The notes under the pieces: generated by a model | The model's database searches: none | What the model saw: the letters and a program-made list of their open reading frames with translations, nothing else | Told to the model about the DNA's origin: nothing | Part shown: positions 36,615 through 46,516 of the stretch, in pieces | Layout of the letters: each line of letters opens with the position of its first letter | Numbering within the stretch: the first letter of the stretch is position 1 | Program-made: the position numbers and the translations under genes | Source: an uncultured Elstera sp. | Lineage (GTDB): Bacteria; Pseudomonadota; Alphaproteobacteria; Elsterales; Elsteraceae | Direction of reading: 5' to 3' | DNA length: 64,000 nucleotides | NCBI GenBank assembly: GCA_964576605.1 | Contig: CAZNVY010000004.1 | Location: 2,741 to 66,740 of the forward strand

Positions 36615-37313
36615 TTATCCCGCCTGCAAACCCATGGCCCTATCGCGGGCTAACAGAATATGCGCCCCCATCGCCGCCCTAGCCGCCGCTGGGTCGCGGG
36701 CTTGCAGGGCGTGGAGGATGGCCAGATGCTCCGCCATGGTCGGGCGCAGCACGGCGCGGTGAATCCGGGTCGTCGCTTGGCGGATCAACCGAATCTTGAT
36801 GAAATTCACCCGATAGGCATCGGCGATAATCCCATTGCCGAGGGCTTCGATGATCGTCGTATGGAGCCGCTGATCGACCTCTTGGGCCTTATGCATCAGC
36901 GGATCGGGAAGTGTACCGGCCCGCTCCGCCGCCTCGAAAGCCGCGATGATTGTCTGATGCTCTGCCAGCAGCTCGGCGATCACCGCCGCCGGGGCTTGCT
37001 CGGCGAAAAGGGCGACGGCCTCGCGCTCTAGAAAAAGACGAAACTGAAAAGCGTCGCGGATCAGGTTCAAGTCCACATGCGCCACCTGCATTCCGCGCTG
37101 CGGGACAGTTTTAATTAGCCCTTCGGCCTCCAGGCGTGGGATCAACTCCCGGATTGCCCCCAGGGGGAGTTGCGTGATGGCAACCAGCTCCCGCTGCGAG
37201 ATGAACTGGCCGGGCCGAATATCATCGGCCAGCAGATGCCGGGTGAAACTTTCATAGGCCCGCCCGCGCAGGGTGAGCGTCTCTCGGTCGGCCTTGGCTG
37301 CCGTGCTTGCCAT
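36615..37313 (-). CDS. GntR/FCD-family regulator
   Basis: IRPGQFISQREL...IRELIPRLEAEGLI...PQRG; FCD-like C-terminus. Confidence 0.9.
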   Translation of the reverse strand: MASTAAKADRETLTLRGRAYESFTRHLLADDIRPGQFISQRELVAITQLPLGAIRELIPRLEAEGLIKTVPQRGMQVAHVDLNLIRDAFQFRLFLEREAVALFAEQAPAAVIAELLAEHQTIIAAFEAAERAGTLPDPLMHKAQEVDQRLHTTIIEALGNGIIADAYRVNFIKIRLIRQATTRIHRAVLRPTMAEHLAILHALQARDPAAARAAMGAHILLARDRAMGLQAG

Positions 37314-37392
37314 GCTGTGACCCCTTAGACGCTTGGGGACGGGGCCGGCATCCGGCCCAGGGCGGGATACGATTACCCGCTTCCAGTCTCAG

Positions 37393-37402
37393 TAACATGT
37401 TA
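37393..37402. promoter_or_regulatory. Palindrome, candidate GntR operator
   Basis: Perfect palindrome TAACATGTTA in the divergent intergenic region. Confidence 0.5.
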
Positions 37403-37486
37403 GTTCGATGTTTTTTTGTTTGCAAGGCTTCTTCAGTCGGCCTATCCCTTAGGAAGGCTGGTTGAAACTGCCCCGGTGCTGCCCGC

Positions 37487-38323
37487 ATGAAGATCGACGC
37501 CCATCACCATATCTGGCAGCTTGCGCGCGGTGATTATGGCTGGCTGACGCCGGACCTGACCCCGCTCTATCGTGATTTCGGCATGGCGGAGGTCACGCCC
37601 TTCCTCACCCGTTTCGGGATTGAAAAGCTGATCCTGGTCCAGGCCGCGCCGACCGAAGCCGAAACCCAGTATCTGTTGAGCGTGGCGGACACCGACCCCC
37701 GCGTTGCCGGGGTTGTCGGCTGGACCGAATTTTCCGCCCCCGACGCGCCCGCACGCATTGCGGCGCTGACGGCCCATCCGAAGCTCGTCGGGTTGCGTCC
37801 GATGGTGCAGGATATCGCCGACGACGATTGGCTGTTGCGCGCCGATCTGATTCCAGCGTTCGACGCCACGATCAAACACGGTCTGGTCTATGACGCCCTG
37901 GTGCTGCCGCGCCATCTTTCGCGCCTGCTACAAATCGTGGAACGACATCCCGATCTGACCGTGGTGATCGACCATTTGGCAAAGCCCTTCATCGCCGATG
38001 GGCAGATGGAGCCGTGGCGGGCGGATATGCGGTGCCTCGCCGCCCATCCCAAGGTTCATTGCAAACTTTCGGGCCTAATTACCGAGGCCCGCGTGGGTTG
38101 GCGGGTGGACGACCTCCGCCCCTATGTCGAAACCGTGCTGGACCTGTTCGGCCCCGACCGGCTGATCTGGGGCAGCGACTGGCCGGTTGCCGACCTTGCA
38201 GGTGGCTATGCCGCCTGGGCGCTGGCGACGGAAGATTTGCTGGCACCGCTCACCGCCGCCCAAAAAGCCGCCATCCAAGGCGGCACTGCTGCGCGGGTCT
38301 ATCGCGTTCAAGGGAAGGAATAG
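37487..38323 (+). CDS. Amidohydrolase-family sugar lactonase (L-fuconolactonase-like)
   Basis: IDAHHHIW, LVQAA, DHLAKP, KLSGL, WGSDWPV. Confidence 0.82.
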   Translation: MKIDAHHHIWQLARGDYGWLTPDLTPLYRDFGMAEVTPFLTRFGIEKLILVQAAPTEAETQYLLSVADTDPRVAGVVGWTEFSAPDAPARIAALTAHPKLVGLRPMVQDIADDDWLLRADLIPAFDATIKHGLVYDALVLPRHLSRLLQIVERHPDLTVVIDHLAKPFIADGQMEPWRADMRCLAAHPKVHCKLSGLITEARVGWRVDDLRPYVETVLDLFGPDRLIWGSDWPVADLAGGYAAWALATEDLLAPLTAAQKAAIQGGTAARVYRVQGKE

Positions 38324-38325
38324 AG

Positions 38326-38781
38326 ATGCTGAAGGGGCTTGATCCGATCCTATCGCCCGATCTTCTGTGGGCACTGGCCGCGATGGGGCATGGCGACGAT
38401 CTCGCCCTGGTCGATGGCAATCACCCGGCGCAGGCGATTGCCAAAAACACCGTTTTCGGACGCCCCATTCTTCTGTCGGGTATTCCCATCGAACGGGCGG
38501 CGCGGGCGATCTTGAGCCTTCTCCCGCTCGACCAATATGTCCCCGATCCGGCGCGGCGCATGGAAGTCGTCGGCGATCCCGTCACCGTTCCGCCCGTGCA
38601 GCAGGCGGTACAGGCGGAAATCGACCGGGCGGCGGAACCCCCAACCCGCTTGCAGGGCATCGAACGCTTCGCCTTCTACGATGCCGCGAAACAGGCTTTC
38701 GCCGTCGTGCAAGTGGCCGACCCGCGGCCCTATGGCTGCTTCTTGTTCCGCAAGGGTGTGATAATCGGGGATCTGCCATGA
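38326..38781 (+). CDS. RbsD/FucU-family sugar mutarotase
   Basis: MLKGLDPILSPDLL..LAAMGHGD, ERFAFY, YGC...KGVI. Confidence 0.9.
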   Translation: MLKGLDPILSPDLLWALAAMGHGDDLALVDGNHPAQAIAKNTVFGRPILLSGIPIERAARAILSLLPLDQYVPDPARRMEVVGDPVTVPPVQQAVQAEIDRAAEPPTRLQGIERFAFYDAAKQAFAVVQVADPRPYGCFLFRKGVIIGDLP

Positions 38782-40307
38782 GCGCGGCGCTGCAAGACCC
38801 CCGCTCCATCTTGTTGCATTCGAGTGATAACACCGCTGTTGCCGTCGATAGCATCGCCCCCGGCGTATCGGTACGCGGCGTTGTGGCCAAGGCGCGCATC
38901 CATAAGGGCCATAAGATCGCCCTCGCCCCCATCGCCGTGGGCGCGCCGGTGCTGAAATTCGGCCAGATCATTGGCTTTGCCACGCAGCCCATCGAACCGG
39001 GCGACTGGGTGCACGAGCATAATGTGGCGGTGCAGGCGTTCGACCGCGATTACCGTTTTGCCGAAGGCGCAAAGCCGGACGATTTACTGCCCGACAGCCA
39101 GCGCGCCACTTTCCAAGGCTTCCGCCGCGCTAACGGCAAGTTTGGCACGCGCAACTATATCGCCATCCTGACCAGCGTAAATTGTTCGGCCACCGCCGCC
39201 CGCTTCATCGCCAAGGAGGTCGAGCGCTCCGGCATTCTTGATGATTACCCGAATATCGACGGGGTCATCCCGCTGGTTCATGGCACCGGCTGCGCCATGG
39301 ATACCAAGGGCGAAGGCTATGAGGTGCTAAAGCGCACCCAATGGGGCTATGCCGCCAATCCCAATATGGCGGCGGTGTTGATGGTCGGCCTCGGCTGCGA
39401 GGCCTTTCAGATCGGCAAATGGAAAGAGGCTTACGGCATCGTCGAAAGCGACGCTTTCCGCTCCCTCATCATTCAAGACATGGGCGGCACCCGGCGGACC
39501 ATCGACGCGGGGGTGGACGCCGTGCGCGCCATGCTGCCGCTCGCCAATGGCTACACGCGCGAAACTGCGCCTGCGTCCGAACTGATGCTTGCCCTGCAAT
39601 GCGGCGGGTCGGACGGCTATTCCGGCATCACCGCCAATCCGGCGCTGGGCGCGGCGGTCGATCTGCTGGTACGACACGGCGGCACCGCCATTCTCTCCGA
39701 AACCCCGGAAATCTATGGGGCCGAACATCTGCTGACCTACCGGGCGGCGGACCGCGCCATTGGCGAGAAACTGGTCGATCTCATTCACTGGTGGGAAGCC
39801 TATTCGGCCCGCCACGGCGGCGAGATGAACAATAACCCCTCCCCCGGCAATAAGGCGGGCGGGTTGACCACGATTCTGGAAAAATCCCTGGGCGCGGCGG
39901 CGAAGGGCGGCACGGGCACCCTGCGCGGCGTGTATCGTTACGCCGAACCGGTGACGGCCAAGGGCTTCGTGTTCATGGATACGCCGGGCTACGATCCGGT
40001 CGCGGCCACCGGCCAAGTGGCGGGCGGCGCGAATGTTCTGTGCTTCACCACCGGGCGCGGCTCGGCCTATGGCTGCAAGCCCACCCCCTCGATCAAGTTG
40101 GCGACGAACAGCGATATGTTCCGCCGCATGAGCGAGGATATGGACATCAACTGCGGCGATATTCTCGACGGCGTGACCGTCGAGGAAAAAGGCCGCGAGA
40201 TTTTCAACTTTATCCTCAAAACCGCGTCTGGCGAGAAAACCAAATCCGAGGCCTTGGGCTACGGCGATGCCGAATTCGTGCCCTGGCAACTCGGCGCAAT
40301 TATGTAG
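38778..40307 (+). CDS. UxaA/GarD-family sugar-acid dehydratase
   Basis: SAF-like N-terminus (GHKIAL, KFGQIIG, HEHN), GTRNY, CGGSDGYSG, NPSPGNKAGGLTT, FTTGRG. Confidence 0.9.
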   Translation: MSAALQDPRSILLHSSDNTAVAVDSIAPGVSVRGVVAKARIHKGHKIALAPIAVGAPVLKFGQIIGFATQPIEPGDWVHEHNVAVQAFDRDYRFAEGAKPDDLLPDSQRATFQGFRRANGKFGTRNYIAILTSVNCSATAARFIAKEVERSGILDDYPNIDGVIPLVHGTGCAMDTKGEGYEVLKRTQWGYAANPNMAAVLMVGLGCEAFQIGKWKEAYGIVESDAFRSLIIQDMGGTRRTIDAGVDAVRAMLPLANGYTRETAPASELMLALQCGGSDGYSGITANPALGAAVDLLVRHGGTAILSETPEIYGAEHLLTYRAADRAIGEKLVDLIHWWEAYSARHGGEMNNNPSPGNKAGGLTTILEKSLGAAAKGGTGTLRGVYRYAEPVTAKGFVFMDTPGYDPVAATGQVAGGANVLCFTTGRGSAYGCKPTPSIKLATNSDMFRRMSEDMDINCGDILDGVTVEEKGREIFNFILKTASGEKTKSEALGYGDAEFVPWQLGAIM

Positions 40308-40317
40308 GAACCGCGCG

Positions 40318-41496
40318 ATGCTTCAGTTTCCCTTGGATCCCGCCGCCACCCTGCCTGCGGACGGATATGCCGGCAGCCTTGCCGGGCGCGTCTGGCGGCC
40401 GGGGATCGGCCCGTCCGTCGTGGCGGTGCGGGCGGGAGGCGTGTTCGACGTGACCGCCGCCTTCCCGACGATGAGCGATCTTGCCGGGCAGGACGATCCG
40501 GCGCAAGCGCTGTCCGCCGTGGTGGGGGAGCCGATTGGCGACCTTGCCGCACTGCTCGCCAATACGCCGGAGGACGCGCGCGACCTCACCAAACCCTGGC
40601 TGCTCGCCCCGACCGATTTGCAGGTATTGAAGGCGGCGGGCGTGACCTTCGCCGTCTCGATGCTGGAACGGGTGATCGAGGAACGGGCGCGCGGCAATCC
40701 CGATGCCGCCGCCGCCATCCGCAGCGAAGTAACCCGCCTCGTCGGCGACGATCTGGGGAAGCTGAAACCCGGCTCCGACGCGGCGATGACACTCAAAGAG
40801 GTGCTGATCGCCCAAGGCGCTTGGAGCCAGTACCTCGAAGTCGGCATCGGCCCGGATGCGGAGATTTTCACCAAAGCCCCCACCCTGTCCGCCGTCGGCA
40901 CCCTCAGCGACGCGGGGCTGCACCCGAAATCGACCTGGAACAACCCGGAACCGGAAGTGGTGTTGATCGTTAGCGCCGATGGCCGCATCACCGGTGCCAC
41001 CCTGGGCAATGACGTCAACCTGCGCGATGTCGAAGGCCGGTCAGCGCTGCTGCTCTCGAAGGCGAAGGACAATAACGCCTCCTGCGCCATCGGCCCCTTC
41101 ATCCGCTTTTTCGACGCGAGTTTCAGCCTCGATGATGTGCGCGCGACCGATGTAACCCTGACGGTGGAGGGGCTGGACCAATTCCGGCTCGACGGCAGCT
41201 CGTCCATCAGCAAGATCAGCCGCGATCCGACCGATCTGGTGGCCCAGACGGTCAATGCCAACCATCAATACCCGGACGGGTTCGCCCTCTTCATGGGCAC
41301 GATGTTCGCGCCGACGAAAGACCGCGACGATCCCGGCAAGGGCTTTACTCATAAAAGCGGCGACCTCGTCACCATCGCCGCACCGAAACTGGGCCGTCTC
41401 GTCAACCGGATGCAAACCAGCGACCGATGCGCGCCCTGGACCTTTGGCATCGGTGCGCTGATGCGCAATCTTGCGGGGCGGGGGGTCTTGCGCTAG
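40318..41496 (+). CDS. Fumarylacetoacetate-hydrolase family protein, XylX-like 2-keto-3-deoxy acid dehydratase
   Basis: KAAGVTF, WNNPEPE, GNDVNLRDVEGRSALLL.KAKDN, GTMFAP. Confidence 0.82.
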   Translation: MLQFPLDPAATLPADGYAGSLAGRVWRPGIGPSVVAVRAGGVFDVTAAFPTMSDLAGQDDPAQALSAVVGEPIGDLAALLANTPEDARDLTKPWLLAPTDLQVLKAAGVTFAVSMLERVIEERARGNPDAAAAIRSEVTRLVGDDLGKLKPGSDAAMTLKEVLIAQGAWSQYLEVGIGPDAEIFTKAPTLSAVGTLSDAGLHPKSTWNNPEPEVVLIVSADGRITGATLGNDVNLRDVEGRSALLLSKAKDNNASCAIGPFIRFFDASFSLDDVRATDVTLTVEGLDQFRLDGSSSISKISRDPTDLVAQTVNANHQYPDGFALFMGTMFAPTKDRDDPGKGFTHKSGDLVTIAAPKLGRLVNRMQTSDRCAPWTFGIGALMRNLAGRGVLR

Positions 41497-42686
41497 CCCC
41501 CCGGTACGGCCGCGCGGATCCGCGCGATCAGCGCTGCCTGCAGCCGGGTTGGTTGCCACCCTTTGCGCCGGGCAAGACCAATGGGCCGTTCCGAGGCGGG
41601 TAGCGGCGTTGGCAAGACGGCGAGGTGCCCGGTCTCCACATCATGGCTCACCTGACTGGCCGACAGAACCACGGCCCGATCACTGTGCAGGATCATGGTT
41701 CGGGTGGCAATCAGCGAACCGCATTCGATCAACCGCGCTGGGATCGGCAGACGGGCGCGGGTGAAAAACAGCTCGAACTCTCGCCGGGCGGGGGCACCGG
41801 GGGCGGCGACGATCCAGTCCAGCGCCGCCAGATCGGCGGGGGTCGGCGCAGGCAGCGTGAGAATCGGATGCCCGCTGCGCACAACGATGGACAGCGGTTC
41901 GCGGAATAATTCTTCCTGCTCGATCTCTGGGGTGGGCGGGGGCAGGCGCAACGCTCCAAGCAAGAGATCGATTCCGCCGTGGCGCAATTCGTCCAGAAGA
42001 TCGGCATAGGCCCCATCGACGATCCGCACACGGGCCGCCGGAAACTCGGCCAGCAGCGCCAACACCGCCTGCGGCAGAATCCGCGTCCGCGCTAACGGTA
42101 AGCAGCCGATGGTAATGCCGCCATCCATCACCCCCTGCTCCTCGCGCACTTCCTGCAACCCCTGTTCGATTTCGGTTAGGGCCAGGGCGATGGGGCGGGC
42201 GAAACTGCGGGCGTCGCGCGTTGGCTCCATCCCGCGCGGGCTGCGGTCGAAGAGGGGAAACCCGCAAAGCGCCTCTAACTCCCGGACGGCCCGGTTCACG
42301 CTGGGCTGCGAAACCCCTAAGCTTTGTGCGGCGAGGGTCAGGCTGCCGGTGCGGATGGTTTGCACGAGGGCACGGGCTTGCACACTGGTCATCATATCGC
42401 GCAGCCAGCCGGGACCGCGGCGAGAGCCGGCGGCGGGGAGGGCGCGCTCGGCACTGGCGAAATGCTCGAAGGCACGGTCGATGCGCGCCACCAGCCGCCG
42501 ACCGGGGTCGGTCGGATACAGCCCGCTGGGCGTTCGGGTGAAGAGCGCCGTGCCAAGGGCCGCCTCCAGTCGGGCGATGGTTTGGGTGATCGCCGGCTGG
42601 GTCAAATGCAGTTCCGCCGCCGCCGCCCGCGTTTGTCCGCGATGGGCTGTGACGGAAATTGCGCGCAACATGCGCAGTTTTGGCAC
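41493..42686 (-). CDS. ligR: LysR regulator with two HTH domains (LigR/GalR type)
   Basis: Two HTHs (AAAELHLTQPAITQ and AAQSLGVSQPSVNR) plus a LysR substrate domain; GTG start with GAAGG RBS; divergent from ligK. Confidence 0.8.
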   Translation of the reverse strand: MPKLRMLRAISVTAHRGQTRAAAAELHLTQPAITQTIARLEAALGTALFTRTPSGLYPTDPGRRLVARIDRAFEHFASAERALPAAGSRRGPGWLRDMMTSVQARALVQTIRTGSLTLAAQSLGVSQPSVNRAVRELEALCGFPLFDRSPRGMEPTRDARSFARPIALALTEIEQGLQEVREEQGVMDGGITIGCLPLARTRILPQAVLALLAEFPAARVRIVDGAYADLLDELRHGGIDLLLGALRLPPPTPEIEQEELFREPLSIVVRSGHPILTLPAPTPADLAALDWIVAAPGAPARREFELFFTRARLPIPARLIECGSLIATRTMILHSDRAVVLSASQVSHDVETGHLAVLPTPLPASERPIGLARRKGWQPTRLQAALIARIRAAVPGG

Positions 42687-42708
42687 GATCGACCTTCGGG
42701 GCGAGAGG

Positions 42709-42725
42709 GCTAACAAAAACTTATA
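42709..42725. promoter_or_regulatory. Candidate LigR operator, copy A
   Basis: GCTAACAAAAACTTATA with T-N11-A core; identical copy at 60754..60770. Confidence 0.65.
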
Positions 42726-42829
42726 CCATGGCGCACGCTTGTGAGTAGTCCCGGCAGCGGAAATCGGGCTTGAATAGTCGCAAGAACGGGTCGCGCTCGA
42801 CGGCCAATAATTTTGGGGAAGGAACGGCA

Positions 42830-43516
42830 ATGCCCACCGTGGTAACCGATTGTCCGCGCCCGCCGCGCGATGTGATCGACGGCTTTGGCGCGTTCGGCGT
42901 CGCAACCGTACATGAAGCCCAGGGGCGCGTTGGCCTGATGGCTGCGGCCTTACGCCCGATTTTCCGGCCCGCCCATATCGCCGGGTCGGCGGTTACCTGC
43001 ACGGTCGCCCCTGGCGATAATTGGACGATCCACGTAGCGGTGGAACAGTGTCAGCCGGGCGATATTTTGGTGGTCACGCCGACCAGCCCCTCGGAAGACG
43101 GGTATTTCGGCGATCTCTTGGGCGTTTCGCTGATGGCGCGGGGGGTGCGCGGCCTGATCTTGAACGCCGGGGTGCGCGATGTGGCAACCCTAACCGAAAT
43201 GCGCTTTCCGGTCTGGTCGAAGGCAATCTTCGCGCAAGGCACGGTGAAAGAAACACTGGGGGATGTAAATCTGCCCATCGTGTGTGCCGGGGCCTTGGTG
43301 CATCCAGGGGATATTATCGTCGCTGATGATGATGGCGTGGTCGTCGTGCCGCAGGCGCGGGCGGCGGCGGTTCTGGCGCAATGCGCGGCGCGCGAGGCGA
43401 AGGAAGCCGCGACCAGGGCACGGTTGCAGGCCGGGGAACTGGGGCTGGATATCTATAATATGCGCCCTCGATTGGCAGAAAAAGGGCTGGTCTATCGGTC
43501 GGCTCGCGCGGAGTAG
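42830..43516 (+). CDS. ligK: 4-carboxy-4-hydroxy-2-oxoadipate (HMG/CHA) aldolase
   Basis: [34 protein letters not shown]. Confidence 0.92.
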   Translation: MPTVVTDCPRPPRDVIDGFGAFGVATVHEAQGRVGLMAAALRPIFRPAHIAGSAVTCTVAPGDNWTIHVAVEQCQPGDILVVTPTSPSEDGYFGDLLGVSLMARGVRGLILNAGVRDVATLTEMRFPVWSKAIFAQGTVKETLGDVNLPIVCAGALVHPGDIIVADDDGVVVVPQARAAAVLAQCAAREAKEAATRARLQAGELGLDIYNMRPRLAEKGLVYRSARAE

Positions 43517-43521
43517 GGGCG

Positions 43522-44613
43522 ATGCTGACGGCCATTCCTTGCACGCTGATGCGCGGCGGTACCTCCAAGGGGCTGTATTTCAAAGCGGCGGATTTACCCG
43601 CCGATCCGCTGACCCGTGACCGGGTATTGCTGGCGGCAATGGGATCGCCCGATCTGCGGCAGATCGACGGGGTAGGTGGCGCGCATCCTTTGACCAGCAA
43701 GATCGCGATTCTCAGCCCCTCCACCCGCCCTGATGCCGATATCGATTATCTCTTCTTGCAGGTATCGGTTGACCGGGCCGAAGTAAGCGACGCGCAGAAC
43801 TGCGGTAATATCCTGGCCGGGGTTGGTCCTTGGGCTATTGAGAATGGGTGGGTGGCGGCCGGAAGCCCGATCACGCCTGTGCGCATTCATATGGTCAATA
43901 GCGGTAGTATCGCGGTGGCGACGGTCGAAACGCCGGACGGGCAGGTACGCTATAGCGGCCCCGCGCGGATCGACGGGGTGCCGGGAACGGCGGCCCCCAT
44001 TCCCTTGGAGTTTCTGGAGATTGCCGGATCGGTCTGCGGGGCTTTGCTGCCCACGGGCCAGCGCCGCGAGATGCTTGAGGGGATCGAGGTTACCTGCATC
44101 GATAATGGAATGCCGATCGTGCTGCTGCGCGCCGCCGATCTTGGTAAAACCGGCCATGAATCCCCTGACGCGCTGGAGGCCGATCCCGTTTTGGCGGCGC
44201 GGATCGAAAGCCTGCGGCGGGCGGTTGGCCCGCGTATGAACTTGGGGGATGTGAGTAAAAAGACCGTTCCGAAAATGACCCTGATCGCCCCGGCCCAGCA
44301 CGGCGGAACGGTGAGCACCCGCAGCTTTATCCCGCACCGGGTGCATGAGGCGATTGGCGTTTTGGGCGCGGTCAGTGTCGCGACCGCCTGTGTTCTACCG
44401 GGCACGGTCGCCGCCGATCTGGTTGGGGTGGCGGATTTTACCCAGGGGGTGCTGGAGATCGAACATCCGACCGGGTTTTTCTCGGTCGATATGGCGGTGC
44501 AGATGCAAGACGGCAGCCCGCAGGTTACCCGCGCCGCCTTGCTGCGAACCGCGCGAAAATTGATGCGGGGCGAGGTTTATATCCCCGCCAGCGTCTGGGG
44601 AGGGGCAGCATGA
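43522..44613 (+). CDS. ligU: 4-oxalomesaconate tautomerase (PrpF family; LigU/GalD)
   Basis: MRGGTSKG, QIDGVGGAHPLTSK, NCGN, EHPTG, RTARKLM.G. Confidence 0.88.
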   Translation: MLTAIPCTLMRGGTSKGLYFKAADLPADPLTRDRVLLAAMGSPDLRQIDGVGGAHPLTSKIAILSPSTRPDADIDYLFLQVSVDRAEVSDAQNCGNILAGVGPWAIENGWVAAGSPITPVRIHMVNSGSIAVATVETPDGQVRYSGPARIDGVPGTAAPIPLEFLEIAGSVCGALLPTGQRREMLEGIEVTCIDNGMPIVLLRAADLGKTGHESPDALEADPVLAARIESLRRAVGPRMNLGDVSKKTVPKMTLIAPAQHGGTVSTRSFIPHRVHEAIGVLGAVSVATACVLPGTVAADLVGVADFTQGVLEIEHPTGFFSVDMAVQMQDGSPQVTRAALLRTARKLMRGEVYIPASVWGGAA

Positions 44614-45494
44614 CGGCGGTCGCGCTTCTTGGCTTTGGCGAGGTTGGGCGGATTTTAGCCGCCGATCTCACGGGCGTTACCCAATTAACGGTCTGGGATC
44701 GCCAGTTTGACGATCCCAATGCCGGTCCAACCCAGGCGGCGCGGGCGCAGGGCCTGCCGATCCCGGCCTCAGGAGCCGAGGCGCTGCATAGTGCGGCGGT
44801 TATTCTTAGTGCCGTAACGGCGGCGCAAACCCTGGCGGCCGCGACCGCCGCCGCGGCCTGCTTGGCACCGGGGGCGCTGTATCTCGATCTCAATTCTGCC
44901 TCGCCGGGACAAAAGAGCGCGGCGGCGGCGGTGATTACGGCAGCGGGCGGGGTTTATGTGGAGGCTGCGGTCATGGCTCCGTTCCCCCCGAAGCGCTTGG
45001 CGTCGCCCATCCTACTGGGCGGGCCGAATGCGGCGGCAGCGCAGCCCCGCCTGGCCGCTTTGGGGCTGACCGGGCTTTCGGTTTTCTCCGAAATCCTAGG
45101 GCAGGCGTCGGCCGCTAAAATGTGCCGCAGTGTCATGATTAAAGGGATCGAAGCGCTGCTGACCGAATCCCTATTGACCGCCCGTCATTATGGGGTGGAG
45201 ACGACGGTGCTGCAGTCCCTGGATGATCTGCTGCCAGGGCCGGACTGGCCGCAACTGGCCCGCTATATGATTTCCCGCTCCCTCGTGCATGGCACCCGCC
45301 GGGCCGAAGAGATGCGCGAGGTTGCCCGCACGGTGACCGAAGCGGGGGTTCCGGCCTGGATGAGTGCGGCCAGCGCCGACCGCCACGCCTGGGCCCCGCA
45401 ATTCATTACCGCCGAGTCTGCCGAGGGCCTTACTGGCCTGCTGGATGCCCTGCGCGCCCACCCGGCTTTCGGCCTGAAGGATGCCGCCGAATGA
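44610..45494 (+). CDS. NAD(P)-dependent oxidoreductase (6PGDH/HIBADH-like, DUF1932 type)
   Basis: GFGEVG, DLNSASP, ASAAKMCRSVMIKG, HGTRRAEEM. Confidence 0.8.
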   Translation: MTAVALLGFGEVGRILAADLTGVTQLTVWDRQFDDPNAGPTQAARAQGLPIPASGAEALHSAAVILSAVTAAQTLAAATAAAACLAPGALYLDLNSASPGQKSAAAAVITAAGGVYVEAAVMAPFPPKRLASPILLGGPNAAAAQPRLAALGLTGLSVFSEILGQASAAKMCRSVMIKGIEALLTESLLTARHYGVETTVLQSLDDLLPGPDWPQLARYMISRSLVHGTRRAEEMREVARTVTEAGVPAWMSAASADRHAWAPQFITAESAEGLTGLLDALRAHPAFGLKDAAE

Positions 45495-46516
45495 TGATTA
45501 TTGATTGCCACGGACATTACACCACGGCTCCCGGCCCGCATCAGGCGTTCCGCGAGGCGCAACTCGCCGCCTTCAGCGATCCGTCCCGCCCGCTACCGAA
45601 GCCGGCGGCGATCAGCGACGATGAGATCCGCGAGAGCATCGAGCTTAATCAGTTGAAACTGTTGCGCGCCCGTGGGGCCGATCTGACCCTCTTCTCGCCC
45701 CGCGCCTCGGCTATGGCGCATCATGAGGGGAATGCTGCGATTTCCCAGGAATGGACGCGCGCCTGCAATGATCTTATTAAGCGGGTGGTCGATCTTTACC
45801 CGCAGCATTTTGTTGGCGTGTGCCAATTGCCGCAGTCCCCCGGTACGCCGATCGACCAATCAATCGCCGAGCTTGAACGCTGCGTGACCGAGCTTGGCTT
45901 CGTTGGCTGCAATCTAAACCCCGATCCTTCGGGCGGGCATTGGACCGCAAAGCCGCTGACCGATAAATCCTGGTATCCGTTCTACGAGAAAATGGCGGAA
46001 CTGGACGTGCCGGCCATGATCCATGTCTCCGGTTCGTGTAACTGCAATTTCCACGCGACGGGTGCCCATTACATCAATGCCGATACAACGGCCTTTATGC
46101 AGTTTTTGGAAGGCGATCTGTTTCGCGATTTTCCCACGCTGCGGTTCGTTATCCCCCATGGGGGCGGCGCGGTTCCCTATCATTGGGGGCGGTACCGAGG
46201 CCTGGCCGATATGCTAAAGCGCCCGCCCCTGCGCGAGCATGTGATGAAGAATGTCTTCTTCGATACCTGCGTTTACCATCAGCCGGGGATCGATCTTTTG
46301 TTCGAGGTGATTGATCTCGACAATATCCTGTTTGGGTCGGAAATGGTTGGCGCGGTGCGCGGTATCGATCCGGAAACCGGCCATTACTTCGACGATACCA
46401 AACGCTATATCGATGCCCTCGATCTAACCGACGCCCAGCGGCAGCAGGTTTTCGAGGGCAATGCCCGCCGGGTCTATCCTCGGCTCGATGCGATTCTCAA
46501 AGCCCAGGGACGCTGA
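45491..46516 (+). CDS. ligJ: 4-oxalomesaconate hydratase
   Basis: IIDCHGHYTTAP, FSPRASAMAHH, NLNPDPSGG, PHGGGAVPYHWGR. Confidence 0.93.
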   Translation: MMIIDCHGHYTTAPGPHQAFREAQLAAFSDPSRPLPKPAAISDDEIRESIELNQLKLLRARGADLTLFSPRASAMAHHEGNAAISQEWTRACNDLIKRVVDLYPQHFVGVCQLPQSPGTPIDQSIAELERCVTELGFVGCNLNPDPSGGHWTAKPLTDKSWYPFYEKMAELDVPAMIHVSGSCNCNFHATGAHYINADTTAFMQFLEGDLFRDFPTLRFVIPHGGGAVPYHWGRYRGLADMLKRPPLREHVMKNVFFDTCVYHQPGIDLLFEVIDLDNILFGSEMVGAVRGIDPETGHYFDDTKRYIDALDLTDAQRQQVFEGNARRVYPRLDAILKAQGR

